A stretch of 63,774 bases of DNA, filler included, from Folioceros fuciformis (taxonomy: Eukaryota): NCBI GenBank assembly GCA_049999805.1. It is 4 parts of 3 records of this genome, joined end to end, with 100 filler letters (N's around TTAATTAATTAA, not from the genome) between each part and the next. Parts side by side here need not be neighbours in the genome. Positions count along the whole stretch, not along the records: positions 18,494 to 43,645 come from JBNGIO010006281.1; positions 43,746 to 60,299 come from JBNGIO010006283.1; 2 more parts are not named here. One strand, written 5' to 3'. Within the stretch, counting starts at the first letter, position 1, and every line of letters begins with the position of its first letter. Position numbers and translations under genes: made by a program. Under the pieces are notes generated by a model. It was not told the DNA's origin, made no database searches, and saw nothing but the letters and a program-made list of their open reading frames with translations. Shown piece by piece: positions 38,487-50,810 of this stretch.

Positions 38487-40581
38487 CTAGCTACCCCTGT
38501 ATGTGCTGTAGGCATAAGGAGACAAGAGAACAGGCACATGGAAGTGCTCAGCTGCTTGAGAGGGAGTGACTTGAAACACAATTGAAACGAAGGGATAGAA
38601 TGGCTTTGATCCATCAGGCCTGGCACCAGCTACTCTGAGAAAGTACTGCTCGGTGTGAAACGTGAGCCTGTATCTCCCAGCAGGAATAGCGTTGGAAAGG
38701 GGCATCAGGGGACCAGATCGGCCATCATCATCTGTGACAGAGGTGCCTAGAATCGTCCACTCTCCCTTGTCCAAGTCCTTCGAGCTATGAAGTACTGTTG
38801 CCGGTTTCTCCTTCCACCAATCTAGGGTAACGTCAATGCCCGAACCCGGTCTCCCGCGTGAAACATCCAAGACATGAGTTGTGATGGGAGGCCGGGTTCG
38901 TGTGACTGTTGGACCTTGCTCTGGGCTTGCAACAGCAGCTTGCTGGCTGTTGTCGATCCCTGATCCAGTGATGTGTGCCTCTATTTGAGTCAGCCTTCGA
39001 TGCACGGGGCCCTTACCTGTGGAACAACATGATCAGTAAACTGCTCAAACAACTTCAACAGAACCTCCTGGACCTCACAACCTGGACGGGAGAGTTAACA
39101 AGGGAAGCTACAAGTTTAAGACTCGATCGCGCGTCCAAGTTGTTTCTCAGAAAGCTCAAAACCCACCTTTCCACAAACTTCTGGGGTTCTTATTCACAAT
39201 TGTTTCACAGGAAAGTCGGGAGCCTGAAAAATCAAATCAGAATGGGAAGATGCACTAAGATCCTGCGCATGGAAGGATAGCACAAGCAACTTAAGCTCAA
39301 CCACCAGAGTCTGTACTTCCATTAACGGCCTCACTACAAACCACATCCGACGCCATAGACCAAACTGAACTTGGAAACAAGCACTGAACCATTACCATCT
39401 GCCGGAGCTGCATCATCTGCAGAAGCACCAGATGGAGCGCGTGAACTGGTAACGTGGTCCAAATTTGGGACTTCAGAGTGCCTCTGGGCCAAGCCTTCAA
39501 TCTTCTTGAGGAGGCGAAGCTCTGTTATCTTCTGTTGTTCTGCTGCTGCCACTTGAAATTCGATGATCGGTCTGTTGGTAAAGCGAGACTGGATGCACAA
39601 GTTGCAAAGAGTAAGTGCATACTTGCATAGGGACAAAAACACTTTCTCATACGCTAAAGTGGATACCAGTCTGTCTTTCAGACGTAACAAGAAGAACGAT
39701 CTTGTTGTGTCTGCAACTGTTTTGCAACCCCAGCAACAATGATGGCAGCGCCACTTCTTCTTTTCACCCAGACAAGTATGTCAAGTCAAATAAAAAAGCA
39801 GTAAATTTATCTACCTTCAATACTGCTAGAATCTCAGCACTGCTCTTCCCAGTCGCACATATAAGAAAGATAAACCCGAACTTCTTTTCGTACTGCCGAT
39901 TCCACTCTGCCAAATCCTAAGCACGCAGGTAGACAGAGGGCTCAGCTATCTACCTTTCCACTGCAAAAAAAAAAAAAAAAAAAAAAAACAAGGCCGAAGT
40001 GACCTCATTCACAAGGCTAGCAGATAAAACCTTCAAAATCTGGTCACTGGCAGATCCCAAGGCTTCGGATTGCTCTTCCGCACATACCCTGTTCCATTTC
40101 AGCTGTCAGGCACTGGCAAGAATCTTCGTTCACATGACTCAATACCAATTCCACACAGTGACCGGGTGCCGCGCTCGACATCCTAATCAGTCCGACGCTT
40201 AACTTGATTCCCTTCTCCCTGACCTTTATTAGCAAGGAAATACGCACTCAGAGGCAAACTTCCTGCGAAGCGTATCGACATCACCAATCCGAGGGTGCGC
40301 TACAAACGCTTCCAGCCATCCCAGGATGTCAACCTACACCCAAGTCGCATACAGTAAGGAAACCACATGAGATGCATCGATTGGCCACAGGGGCCAGACG
40401 AAGGAGAAGACGGAAAATGGGATGGGACCTTGCTCCACCAGATCGTCCGTGAAGCCTCGATTGCCTGGTCGAGGCCATCGAAAGGTCCTAATTTTGCAAT
40501 TTCAGCCGCAAATTGCGTGCTCCCGCAGCAGGACAGCCATTCATCCACAGTCAGGTTCACCAGCTCTGGCTTTGCTGCCAT
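38487..40581 (-). CDS. TTL: Bifunctional uric acid degradation protein (OHCU decarboxylase + HIU hydrolase; allantoin synthase)
   Basis: WLSCCGS, WLEAFVAHPRIG, YEKKFGFIFLICATG, EQQKITELRL, then RPPITTHVLDVSRGRP..FHVPVLLSPYAYSTYRGS. Confidence 0.95.
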
Positions 40582-41368
40582 GGTGTACTGTCCAGACAGC
40601 AAACCAGGGAGGGAAACGGACCAGCTGGTAATGCATCCAACACAGCGTTCACGAAATGCCTCGAACAGATTGAAGATTTTGGTACCCGCACCCCTCTGTC
40701 AACCCCAGAACGCCCGCCGTTTCTAGACAATTTTCAACTAAGTAATACATCGAGCTTACATATTATTCTAATCATTTTAATTTTAAAACAAATTAGGACC
40801 AACGTCGTATCCACCAGTTTTGACATACGTTTTATGTGAGTACGTCGTGGTTGTGAAACGCTTGCAAATACCGTCCCAACACGTTCGTCATTGACCGCTT
40901 AAGCCTATTACCAACTATCACTAGTTTCCACCTCCACATGTGGCTATTTTGCAGCCTCAGGCACCTCGCAGTGTGACGCGACACAGATGCCACCCCATTA
41001 CGCACACGCAGCTGTCTCAGCTAGTGAGCTCGAATGTCAAGCTCGCATCGGGGTTGGCAATTCAAAAAAAAAAAGATTTTTTGTTCACAGAAATTGACAT
41101 TGAGAATCCTCTGCCTCGCCTCGGCTCTGAGAATGGTCAGATCCCGTATGCCTATCCACCAGCCTCCAGTCTTTGGTGCAAAATTCAGTTGCTCCTGAAA
41201 ACATCGATGCCCGGGCTTTGAAGATCGTATCCAGAGAGCTTGAAAACTAAGAAGCTCTCCACATTGAGCTATCCATCTCATGTAACCAGGGCTTATCGAC
41301 TGAGTAAATTTGCAAAAATGCGTCAGGGAAAAATGTAGCCAGAAGTATGACTTGCGACCTCACACTCT

Positions 41369-43597
41369 CTAGGGCTTGTATGGCGCAAAAACCACGCACG
41401 AGTTGTGACCTCCAAATCCAAAAGAGTTGGAAATGCCTGGAAGCCAACAAAACAGAAGTGAATTCCGGGCAATAAAATCACAAACTTCTCCCCTGCACAG
41501 GAAGACGACAACTTGGACTTACCAACGTGTACTTCGTGTTGCTTCTTAACATTTGGGACTGTGTCAAATGTGACTTCGGGCTCCCGGTTCTGTTGAAAAA
41601 AACGATGGAAACAGCAGGTTGGAACGTTTGCCTCTAAAACTGAAGTAGGTGAAAACAGAAATGCAAACAACGCAAGGTTGAGCACGGGTACAGTGTCCAC
41701 TTCAAACTCACAAATTGGTTAATCGTTGGGTGCACCCATCCAGTTGTGATAGCCTTGATAGTGGCAATAGCCTCCAGTCCTCCAGCCGCACCAAGACAGT
41801 GACCGATCATAGACTGCGCACAGCAAAATCAACTTAATCCCTTGTATGCATAAAATTTACACACATGCAACCAACCCCAGAAGTTCGATACCTTGGTCCC
41901 ATTCATCTTGATTTCTGAGCCGTCCTTGAAAACTTTCTTCACTGCGTTTACCTCTGCCAAGTCACCGGCAATGGTGGAAGTTGCATGCGCATTGATGTAA
42001 TTCACCTGAGCAAAATAACAGAGAGAGCAGTACGGACCCCTTAGCATACAGCAAACAGCCAAGGGAATGAAGTCGCATTGAGCAGCGTTTGATACCTCTT
42101 CGGGAGAAACACCTGAATCCTCCAGGCTTTTCTCAATGCATGTGGAGACTCCAAGCCCGTCAGCACGAGGGTCAGTCATGTGATAAGCATCACAAGTAAC
42201 AGCGCCACCCAGGTATTCGGCAATAATAGGCGCTCCTCGAGCCAGGGCATGCTCCAAGCTTTCCATGATCTGTACCATAAAGTATAGGAGAAACCTTAGA
42301 GACCAGAAAAAATGGAGACCACACATTCCTACAACGGTATTGAGATTAAGGACGTGCGATGTACCAAAACACCGGCACCCTCTCCCATGACAAAGCCTTC
42401 CCGATCCTTATCCCAAGGCCGAGAAGCCTTTTGAGGTTCGTCATTACGTTGCGAAAGAGCCCTGCAAGCAATAAAACCCCCGAGGCCCACCGGAATGATT
42501 GCTGCCTCCGTCCCTCCAGCGATCATGACGTCCGCCTCACCTCTGCGGATGTGGTTAGCAGCTGCGTAGAAACAATAATTGGCCGTTGCACATGCTGTGG
42601 AGATGGAGTAATTTGGCCCCATGAGCCCGAGCTGAATGGCCAGCATAGCAGAAGCCATGTTGGTAATAGCGTAAGGAATGAAAAAGGGAGTAATTCGCTG
42701 GTGCCCCTGCTCAATGAGTGCCTTAACGCCATCAGAGAAGACACTAAGCCCGCCCATGCCTGTACCTATGAGCACGCCAGTTTTTTTCTTGTCCACCTGT
42801 AGAAGAAGAAGTCGAGGGAAACTCGTCCAAAACATCAGCAGTGGTCCTGGATTTTCAAATCTTCGTCACAACAGGAAACAAGCAAGCTGGTGCACAGTCA
42901 CCACGACACATCCAGCCGGCATGCAAGACCTCTACCTGATCGATCAAGTCTCCACCCAAATTTGCATGCTCCAAGGCCTTCTTCCCACTAACTAGGGCAT
43001 ATCTTATGCAGTCGTCAAGGCGCCGGTCATTCTTCCCATCAATGTACCCCTTGGACGAGAAGTTCCGGATCTGTCCACCAAATTTAGTCGGGAATTTGGA
43101 CACATCAAAGCGGTCGATTATGCTGATTCCGCTCTCGCCTTCAAGCAGCTTATCGTAGAAGGTGTCGACATCATTTCCAAACACAGACACGACGCCCATG
43201 CCCGTGATCACCACTCTCTTCTTCGGGTCCGTCTCTCTCTTCGGCGCGGAGACAGTGGCAGCCATGGACACAGCTCCACCCTTACGGCATTCTGCCACCA
43301 AACCACGACGCAAATGCCGGTGTGACCTCCAAGCAGCCGAAGACCACTCCACAACTCAAATTCAGACTCGGAAAGAAGTGCATGCGCGGCGAGTAGCTCA
43401 CCTGACCTCCCTCTCCGGCCAGCCCCGGCATTCAAAGCCCTGAGCAAAGCCACGTCCGAGCCGGCAGCTTCCCCTGTCCTTAGTCCCTGGAAGCGCACAA
43501 GGGAATGGTCTCTGCGAGAACCACGGCACGAGGAGGAGGCCCCGACTCCAGCAAACGAGGCTGACACAGCGACGCCAGTGCAGCTGGCTGCAGCCAT
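41369..43597 (-). CDS. KASI: Plastid 3-oxoacyl-ACP synthase I
   Basis: Transit peptide; [65 protein letters not shown]. Confidence 0.95.
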
Positions 43598-43745
43598 TTC
43601 GGAGCTCGCTGGTCAGCAGCAAGAGCGAAAGCAGAATGGGACTCCNNNNNNNNNNNNNNNNNNNNNNNNNNNNNNNNNNNNNNNNNNNNTTAATTAATTA
43701 ANNNNNNNNNNNNNNNNNNNNNNNNNNNNNNNNNNNNNNNNNNNN

Positions 43746-46700
43746 GTCATGTGCTGTCCTCTTAGCATGTATTGTGAAGAGGAATATTGTCCAGAAGCCC
43801 TCCAAGAAACAAAAATTTGCTTGGACAGTCAAGCGCCATCATGGTATCTGGAACAACAGCTATTGTTCTCATTTTCAGATAGAATGTTTCAACAACATCT
43901 TCGTGTAAATTGGAGCACGTTTCAGTACACTTTGTGGTGAAGTGGGGCCGTCTCTGTTCATAGTCGATACTCAATTCCGCAAAGCGGTTCCAGTAGAGGT
44001 GAAAGTGCCAATGGCTCTTTACCGGTTGGCTTATGGTGATAAGCTTTGAACCATTGGTGTCTTGTTTGGGTACAGCACGTCTACTGTTGGAAATGTTACG
44101 CATGGCTTTTGCGCTGCTCTTGTCACTAAATTGCACTCTGTTTATATTTCATGGCCTAGCCTCGATATGCAATGCAAGTACTCTCAAGCGTTTGAAGCAC
44201 TACAAGGTATCCCTTTTGTGGTTGGTGCGGTTGATGGCTCTCTATCCCCATTCTTGGGCCATCACATGCCAAGGTAGATTACTACAATCGAAAAGGGTTT
44301 TACTCGCAGCTCCAACTTACTGTCACTGCAAAATGCATCATTTGAGATTACGATTTTGGTTGACCGGATAGTCTAAATGACTGGAATTTATTGAAGAGAA
44401 CAAGGTTGGGTCGTAATTGTGAAAGAGGCATGCTACGCCACTATAGTTTGGTTGGTGATGCAGGTTACTGGCCCAGATTGTATGTACTGACTCCTTTCCG
44501 TGGTTCTCATGATGGCTTGACACCTGTGCAAAAGCATTGAAACTATGCACAGAGTAGCATTTCCATGGCGGTGGAACAAGCTTTTGGTATCCTGAAGGCA
44601 AGATGGAGGTGGTTGTTGACGCACCTAGATATTAGCATTGCAAACGTGCCCAGGGTAGTCCAAGCCTGTTTATTACTACACAACATTTGTATCATACATG
44701 AAGAATGGCTGCAGGAAGCTGCTGTAGAGTGTGAATTGCAATTGGGTGTGGAGAGTACATACACTGACAATCCACAAAGGCAAGCAGCATTGGCAGAACA
44801 TGATGCTTTAGCTTTGCTTCACCGGGTTCGATTGGATGCAAGGCATCCACTGCAAGAGGATGCCATGTCACCCCTTGATGGAGCTGAATTGACACAGGGG
44901 GGTATTGGGAAGGAATGAGAAAGCAAGAGCTTCTTGCATTTGTGCTATTTGCAAGTCCCTAGGGGCATCCGTTTGGTGGAGGGGGATGGTGAAGAATAGG
45001 AAATAAGAGCATGTTACTTTTAAGATAGCCGTCCACAACGTGCACAATCCACAACATGCCTTGTCTTAAAAGTCTATGTCATTCAAGTTTGTCCAAGGCT
45101 TAAACAGCAAATTGATCACAATTCTACAACATAGAACTTTAGCTATCCTCATTGCACCGCACTAGTGCTGCAACCAACGTCTCTAGTAGTGCAAGCTTCT
45201 TGTCCTCCCTACTAGATATCTTCGCTATCATGTTATCCATGGACTGAATAGCCTTACCCACGTAACTGGCCTCGGAAGCAATAGTTGACTTGGTTTTATT
45301 TTTTAACACTAAAAGCTTCACTACCATTACTTTATCTATCAGCACTTGCAATGTCAGCCTCAGGATCAATATTATTGAAATTGCAACCTCTCACTAGCGA
45401 GTTATGCGAATCGGCATGTGCCGAACAAACTACATGGGCCCTTGAATGCATGTATTGGTCCACCAAATCAAACCACTGACAAGTGTCAGACCTGGCATTC
45501 CCTAAAGTGGCATTGGCTGCTTTGTCCTCTTTGTATTCGTTATAAATGGACTTCCACTTCTGCTAGCATGCTTCAGCAGTTTTATCAAAGTTGTAGCATA
45601 TTGGCGAAATTCTGGTTGCCCCTTTGCCCCAAATGTCAATGCCTGCACATCAAAAAGCATAAGCCAAAAGTTACGAAGCCTATAGCTAGAAGCTTAAAGT
45701 TGCATAAATCAAACACGACAACCTAAGATGCTCACCTAGCTTTCTTCCTTTGTTCGAACTCAGCATCCCATGAGTCTGTAACATGTATCAATTGCACAAT
45801 ATGGTTGGCTTTTCACCCTAGATCTGGCTTTTTTCCCGTAAGGTCAATGTAGGTATCTGAAGGTTTAGATGCACTCATAGATAGCCTGCTACATTTCCTA
45901 GCCCGGTTTGAGGAAGGGAGTGTTGTTACATCCAAATTAATTATTGCAGGTGTCTTGGGTGGAGCCTGCACATATGGNNNNNNNNNNNNNNNNNNNNNNN
46001 NNNNNNNNNNNNNNNNNNNNNNNNNNNNNNNNNNNNNNNNNNNNNNNNNNNNNNNNNNNNNNNNNNNNNNNNNNNNNTCCAAATTAATTATTGCAGGTGT
46101 CTTGGGTGGAGCCTGCACATATGGAAAGTGGGTCATGGGAAAAGGTAAGGGCACAATAGCATTTGGAAGGGAGACACCAAAAGGTTACGTGGAAGGGGGG
46201 GCTGAATCCATCATCAGATCTGGGGCTAAAGAGGGGTGCAAGGGAGTGGACACATAGTTTTGGAAGGACTCGTTGGAGGCTCTATAAAAGGGGTCCAAAC
46301 CTACAAAAGCTGACAAATGCAATGAAAATGTGTGGAGTCAACCATACTAAACAAATACACTGAAAATCTGTTTAGTACCTAATGCAACCACGGCCGAGTC
46401 TGGAGGCTCAAAATTTCTCCACTGTTGGTGAGGAGTAGGTGTGGCAGAGTGACAATATTGCTTAGAGAGAACAACAAACTTGAATAATGAATAATGTATA
46501 TATGATTACAAAGTGTTGGTCTTAAATACTAAACCCTAAGTAACATGTCTAACCCTAGTCTAGGTAACCCAGCGACCGTGGTTACTATAATAAACTATGG
46601 GGTTTAACACGGAGGAAGCTACAACAACATAGCTGAAAGTGAGAAACAAGAGCATACGAAATTTGAACTTGCCAATAAGGGCTGCAAGCCCGAAGACGGA

Positions 46701-47186
46701 GGCACAATTGTTGGCCATGCCTGGGGTGTGGTAGAGGGCTGGCTGCTAAGCAGGGACATCATCAGCCATTAAGTCTTGTGTATGGTGAGCAGGCTGGTCC
46801 ACCTTTGCGAAATGTAGGCTAGCGCAAGGACAATGGAAACCCACATCGTGATCGGCAGCGAACTCCCCATCAACCGAAACCCTATCAATCACAGTAAATC
46901 AACCATTGCTAGTAGATAAAAACAAAAATCCAGCAGACGAGTAAATAATGGTACAGGTGTTGGTGGCGGATTGGTGGAAGGTGTCAGGACTGAAGGGTGT
47001 CAGGCACCACCACCCTCGAAGGGTAGGTGGGGACCTGACGTTGTCACACCCAACCACATTGGTGCCACCGTATTTCCAAGTCAGATTGCGGACAACGACA
47101 CCACCGGTGCATGTAAAACACATTATGGTCGTCTAGCCAATGGCTATCTTGCACAAGGCCACTGTTGGTCTAATGTAAAACCACCC
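43746..47186 (+). mobile_element. Degenerate PIF/Harbinger transposon; left end lost in the gap
   Basis: Frameshifted DDE_Tnp_4/HARBI1-type transposase at about 43749-44918 (GAVDG, YYNRKG, GDAGY, VEQAFGILKARW, ACLLLHNIC); convergent minus-strand ORF remnants at about 45139-46250; candidate right TIR CTAATGTAAAACCACCC ending 47186 and followed by TAA. Confidence 0.82.
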
Positions 47187-49421
47187 TAAATCCGAACCTA
47201 CTCGACCCTATGGTCCAGTACCAGAGCTAAACTTCTCCAAGCTTGGTACCAAATCTATACCCACTCTAATAACCAAAGTAATTACTTACTAGTCAATTAA
47301 CCTAATTAGCACAAGGAAAAACTGTTAGAAAAACAGTGGTCAAGAACAACTATCATTATTAGATGTAATCACTCCAAAAAAAAGCCCAAATTTTGCATCA
47401 ATTCACATGCCAAGAACACAAAACAACCTTGAAATGAAATAAGACTTCCTAACCTATATATATGTCTATATACATGTAGTTCTTGATGTGTCGAGTATGG
47501 GGTTGTAGAATTACCTCCATATACATTATATATAAGTATATATATATCTTATTTGTACCCTTTGTAGGGTACATCCAACGTGTCCCAATGCTGCAATATG
47601 ACTAATTGCATTGAAATATCCAATTTTTATCCTTTTGATTGATCAATGTATGCTACAAAGCCTTAGCATTAAACAATTTCACCTGCATGACATCTATTGG
47701 AGCCCATTTAAGCATAAACTTCCAATATAGTAGGTACTTGAACCACAGCCTTCTCCTCCGCGTTTCAAACAAGCCATGCTCCATGCATTCCAAATAAATC
47801 CTATATGTAAGTGAAGGATTTAGTCCCTTGGTAGGGATCTCATCTCTTATACTCCTTAAGAAGGAAGTTGCCCTCTTGTAAGGTTTGCACATGCTGAGTG
47901 TTCCAATTGGGCCTCTAACCTTTATACAAGAGTTTGTGGTAACCGTTGCAACTCTCAAAGAAGACATGGTGATCTACATGAGCCATATGGTTTGTATGAA
48001 TGACCTTGCCAAATCCATGGAGACCCATGGGTGGCTTTGGCATCTCTCTTCATGTTTTGAGTGCTACCAAATTAGGAGACCCATGGGGGCTTTTGGTATC
48101 TCTCTTCATGCTTTGAGTGTAGCCTAAGATATCTTCTTTGCATTTTACCCCCTTCTTTGACATTCCTCATTAGTTTGAAGGGCTTTGATAAGATGATTAT
48201 GCAAGGTTTTGGAGCCATCATTGGTCATGGCATATTGGAATGTGATGTCCGGATCTAACTATATGACAAGCATGAGTCTCCCCATCCTATAAGTATATGT
48301 TAGCAACATAGTTTTTGCCATCGGCAGGTTTTTCTAGAAGTTGAGCTTTTTAAATCCCATCTTAGGTTCTCAATTCGTTTTTGGAGATTTTTGCATTTTG
48401 GAATCTTTCATCCTTAGTATCAAGAAGGTGCTTTCTCTTGCAAGCATTCCTAAAGGTTGTGAGGGACTTTCTTTATTGAAGCCAAGAGCCATTACGCCTC
48501 ATTTTTCATCATAAGTTCATACGCTCAATGCTTAAACATTAACAACATTCGATCCTTTTGCCCAGGGGTTTCAATAGCTTTGGATTTTAGAGTACATTAC
48601 ACGGATTTATTGTTCTCATCCACCTTGCCACATCATCCAACCCTACGTATAGACCGTATAGCCGATTTAGACCGATTCTTTAAAGAGCAGCGCAGCTCGC
48701 CTTGGGACTCCAGCTATGGAGCGGATTCCAATGGTGGGTGTGCCTTCGTTGCATGGATTGTGCTCTCCTCCCTTGCTTTTCCGCCCTGCTGCCTTCCAAA
48801 ACCCAAAATGCAGCGTTGGGTTGCTTCTAGGACCTCAGTTTTGCTTTGGTATGCTTGTTTTGGTTGCAAGCAACCGTGGCGTTTAGAGGTTTAGGGTTGC
48901 CAATGTGTGGAATTTGATGTCCGGGTGCTTGGAAACAGGCGGACACCGAAGAGTGGTTCTACAATCTCGAGGAGAGCGAGGACCAGACCACTCAGCATCA
49001 ATTCCGCCCCAACTAGCCGGTTTCTCCTGAGCACTTGCAAGGTGATGATTTTCCCTCTCCCGGGTAGGCTTGGATCTTGGGGATGAGATTTGGAGCGGGA
49101 ATGCCAAGGATTATGCCCAAGCTTTCGTCCTTGACACGGTTTCATGGCAACCATTCCTGCAGCTTCATGGCAACCATTCCTGCAGCGTTGGGAATTCTCA
49201 TCTAGAAGCTGGACGCAAACACTTATTTGGACAACCCGGTGCTAGAGGATAAAAAAGGAGCACGAGTACAAGCACTGGGTACGTTGGAATTATTAGATTT
49301 GTGTTGTACAGTCACAACTTTCCGGGATCTCCTCATCCGCTTCCGGCATCGGGCAGGGCAGCCAGGGCAGGGCAGCCAGCTCAAAGACAGCCTTCTGTCA
49401 CTCATGTCAAGGATGACTGAT

Positions 49422-49574
49422 GGCGTGCCATGCGCAACATCTTCTGGCGTGCCATGCGCAACATCTTCCGGCGTGCCATGCGCAACATCTTCNNNNNNNN
49501 NNGGCGTGCCATGCGCAACATCTTCCGGCGTGCCATGCGCAACATCTTCCGGCATGCCATGCACAACATCTTCC
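49422..49574. repeat. 24-bp minisatellite, at least 6 copies, interrupted by a 10-N gap
   Basis: Unit GGCGTGCCATGCGCAACATCTTCC; gap at 49493-49502, so the copy number is a minimum. Confidence 0.93.
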
Positions 49575-50810
49575 TGCCTCTGTTCCATAAATCAAGTATC
49601 GTGAACTACCTACCAATGATGACAACAACATGCTTATCCCATTTCCTAAGGTGAGAATTCAAAATAACACTATTTACATATTTTCTCTATATAGCTCTTA
49701 CAATTACTACAATTACCTTCTCAATTACTACAATTACCTTCTCAAACGAAATGTAACCTCCGCTCTTGTAAAGGAAACTAAACTTCGCTCCCAACTTTCG
49801 CTCCCATGATGAGCAAAAACAAGGTCGTAGGATGGACTACATAATCCATGCAAAGACCGGGCTATGGGTGGGACACTAGACGGCGTCGCAAATGGTGTCT
49901 AGAAGGTGTCTTTAGATGGACAGAACCCCACATGCAGACCTTGGCCCGCGCACCCCGTGCGGGTGGACAAACCCGGAACAAGAGAGACCGTCTTAATGAA
50001 AACGTTAGACTGGATAAAATTAGAAAGCATAGCATAGTATTCTCGATGGGAAGCTCAATGAGCGGCCTAGTAGTAAAGCATATCCCTAGACCCTTAGGCA
50101 CACTAGGGTTTAGGGTTCAATGTGGCTGTATGAATAAAACATACAAAACAACATACTAGGACATCAACGTACTTCTGTCTGGGTCCAAAAAAGAAGTTTG
50201 CCAATAAGATATATCAATTAAAAAACGACTACGCAGGACGACTAGGTGTGAATGAGCAATCGCCTTCGTCAACTAAATAGTACTTAACAACTTCAGCTAG
50301 GTAGGTAGGTAGGCGGATAAGATTCATCGATTGAAAAGAAGACTGGCTAGAAACGGTAAAAATTATAACAGAAAAAAAAGAAGCAAAATTGAGCTGACAG
50401 CAAGATGTATGGACAACCATCACCTTCGTCTACTGCAAAACAGTACTTTCACTTCGGGTAGCCTCAGTGTAACAGCCAGGGGAGGGCTTGATACTGATCT
50501 TGCAAAGCCGCCCTCTTTTCTTTCTCCTGTACCAATCCAGACTCGAAAACTGTAGGGGCTTACACAAGAGCCTCAACTGACTAAACAAAACCACTCACGC
50601 AAGCACCACAGCTTAACTTCTAGTCCAGGCATCTTCTTTCCCACTGCAGCACTTTCCAATTGAAGCACCAAAAAATGATGGTTTACAATGGAGATAACCT
50701 GAACCTTGGCTCTTTGGCCTAGATTTTCAGCCACCATGAGCAAAGATCCCCGTCCCAGCACAGCAAGTCACTCATCCTACTAGACATTGCCGTGGACATG
50801 CACAGTTTAG

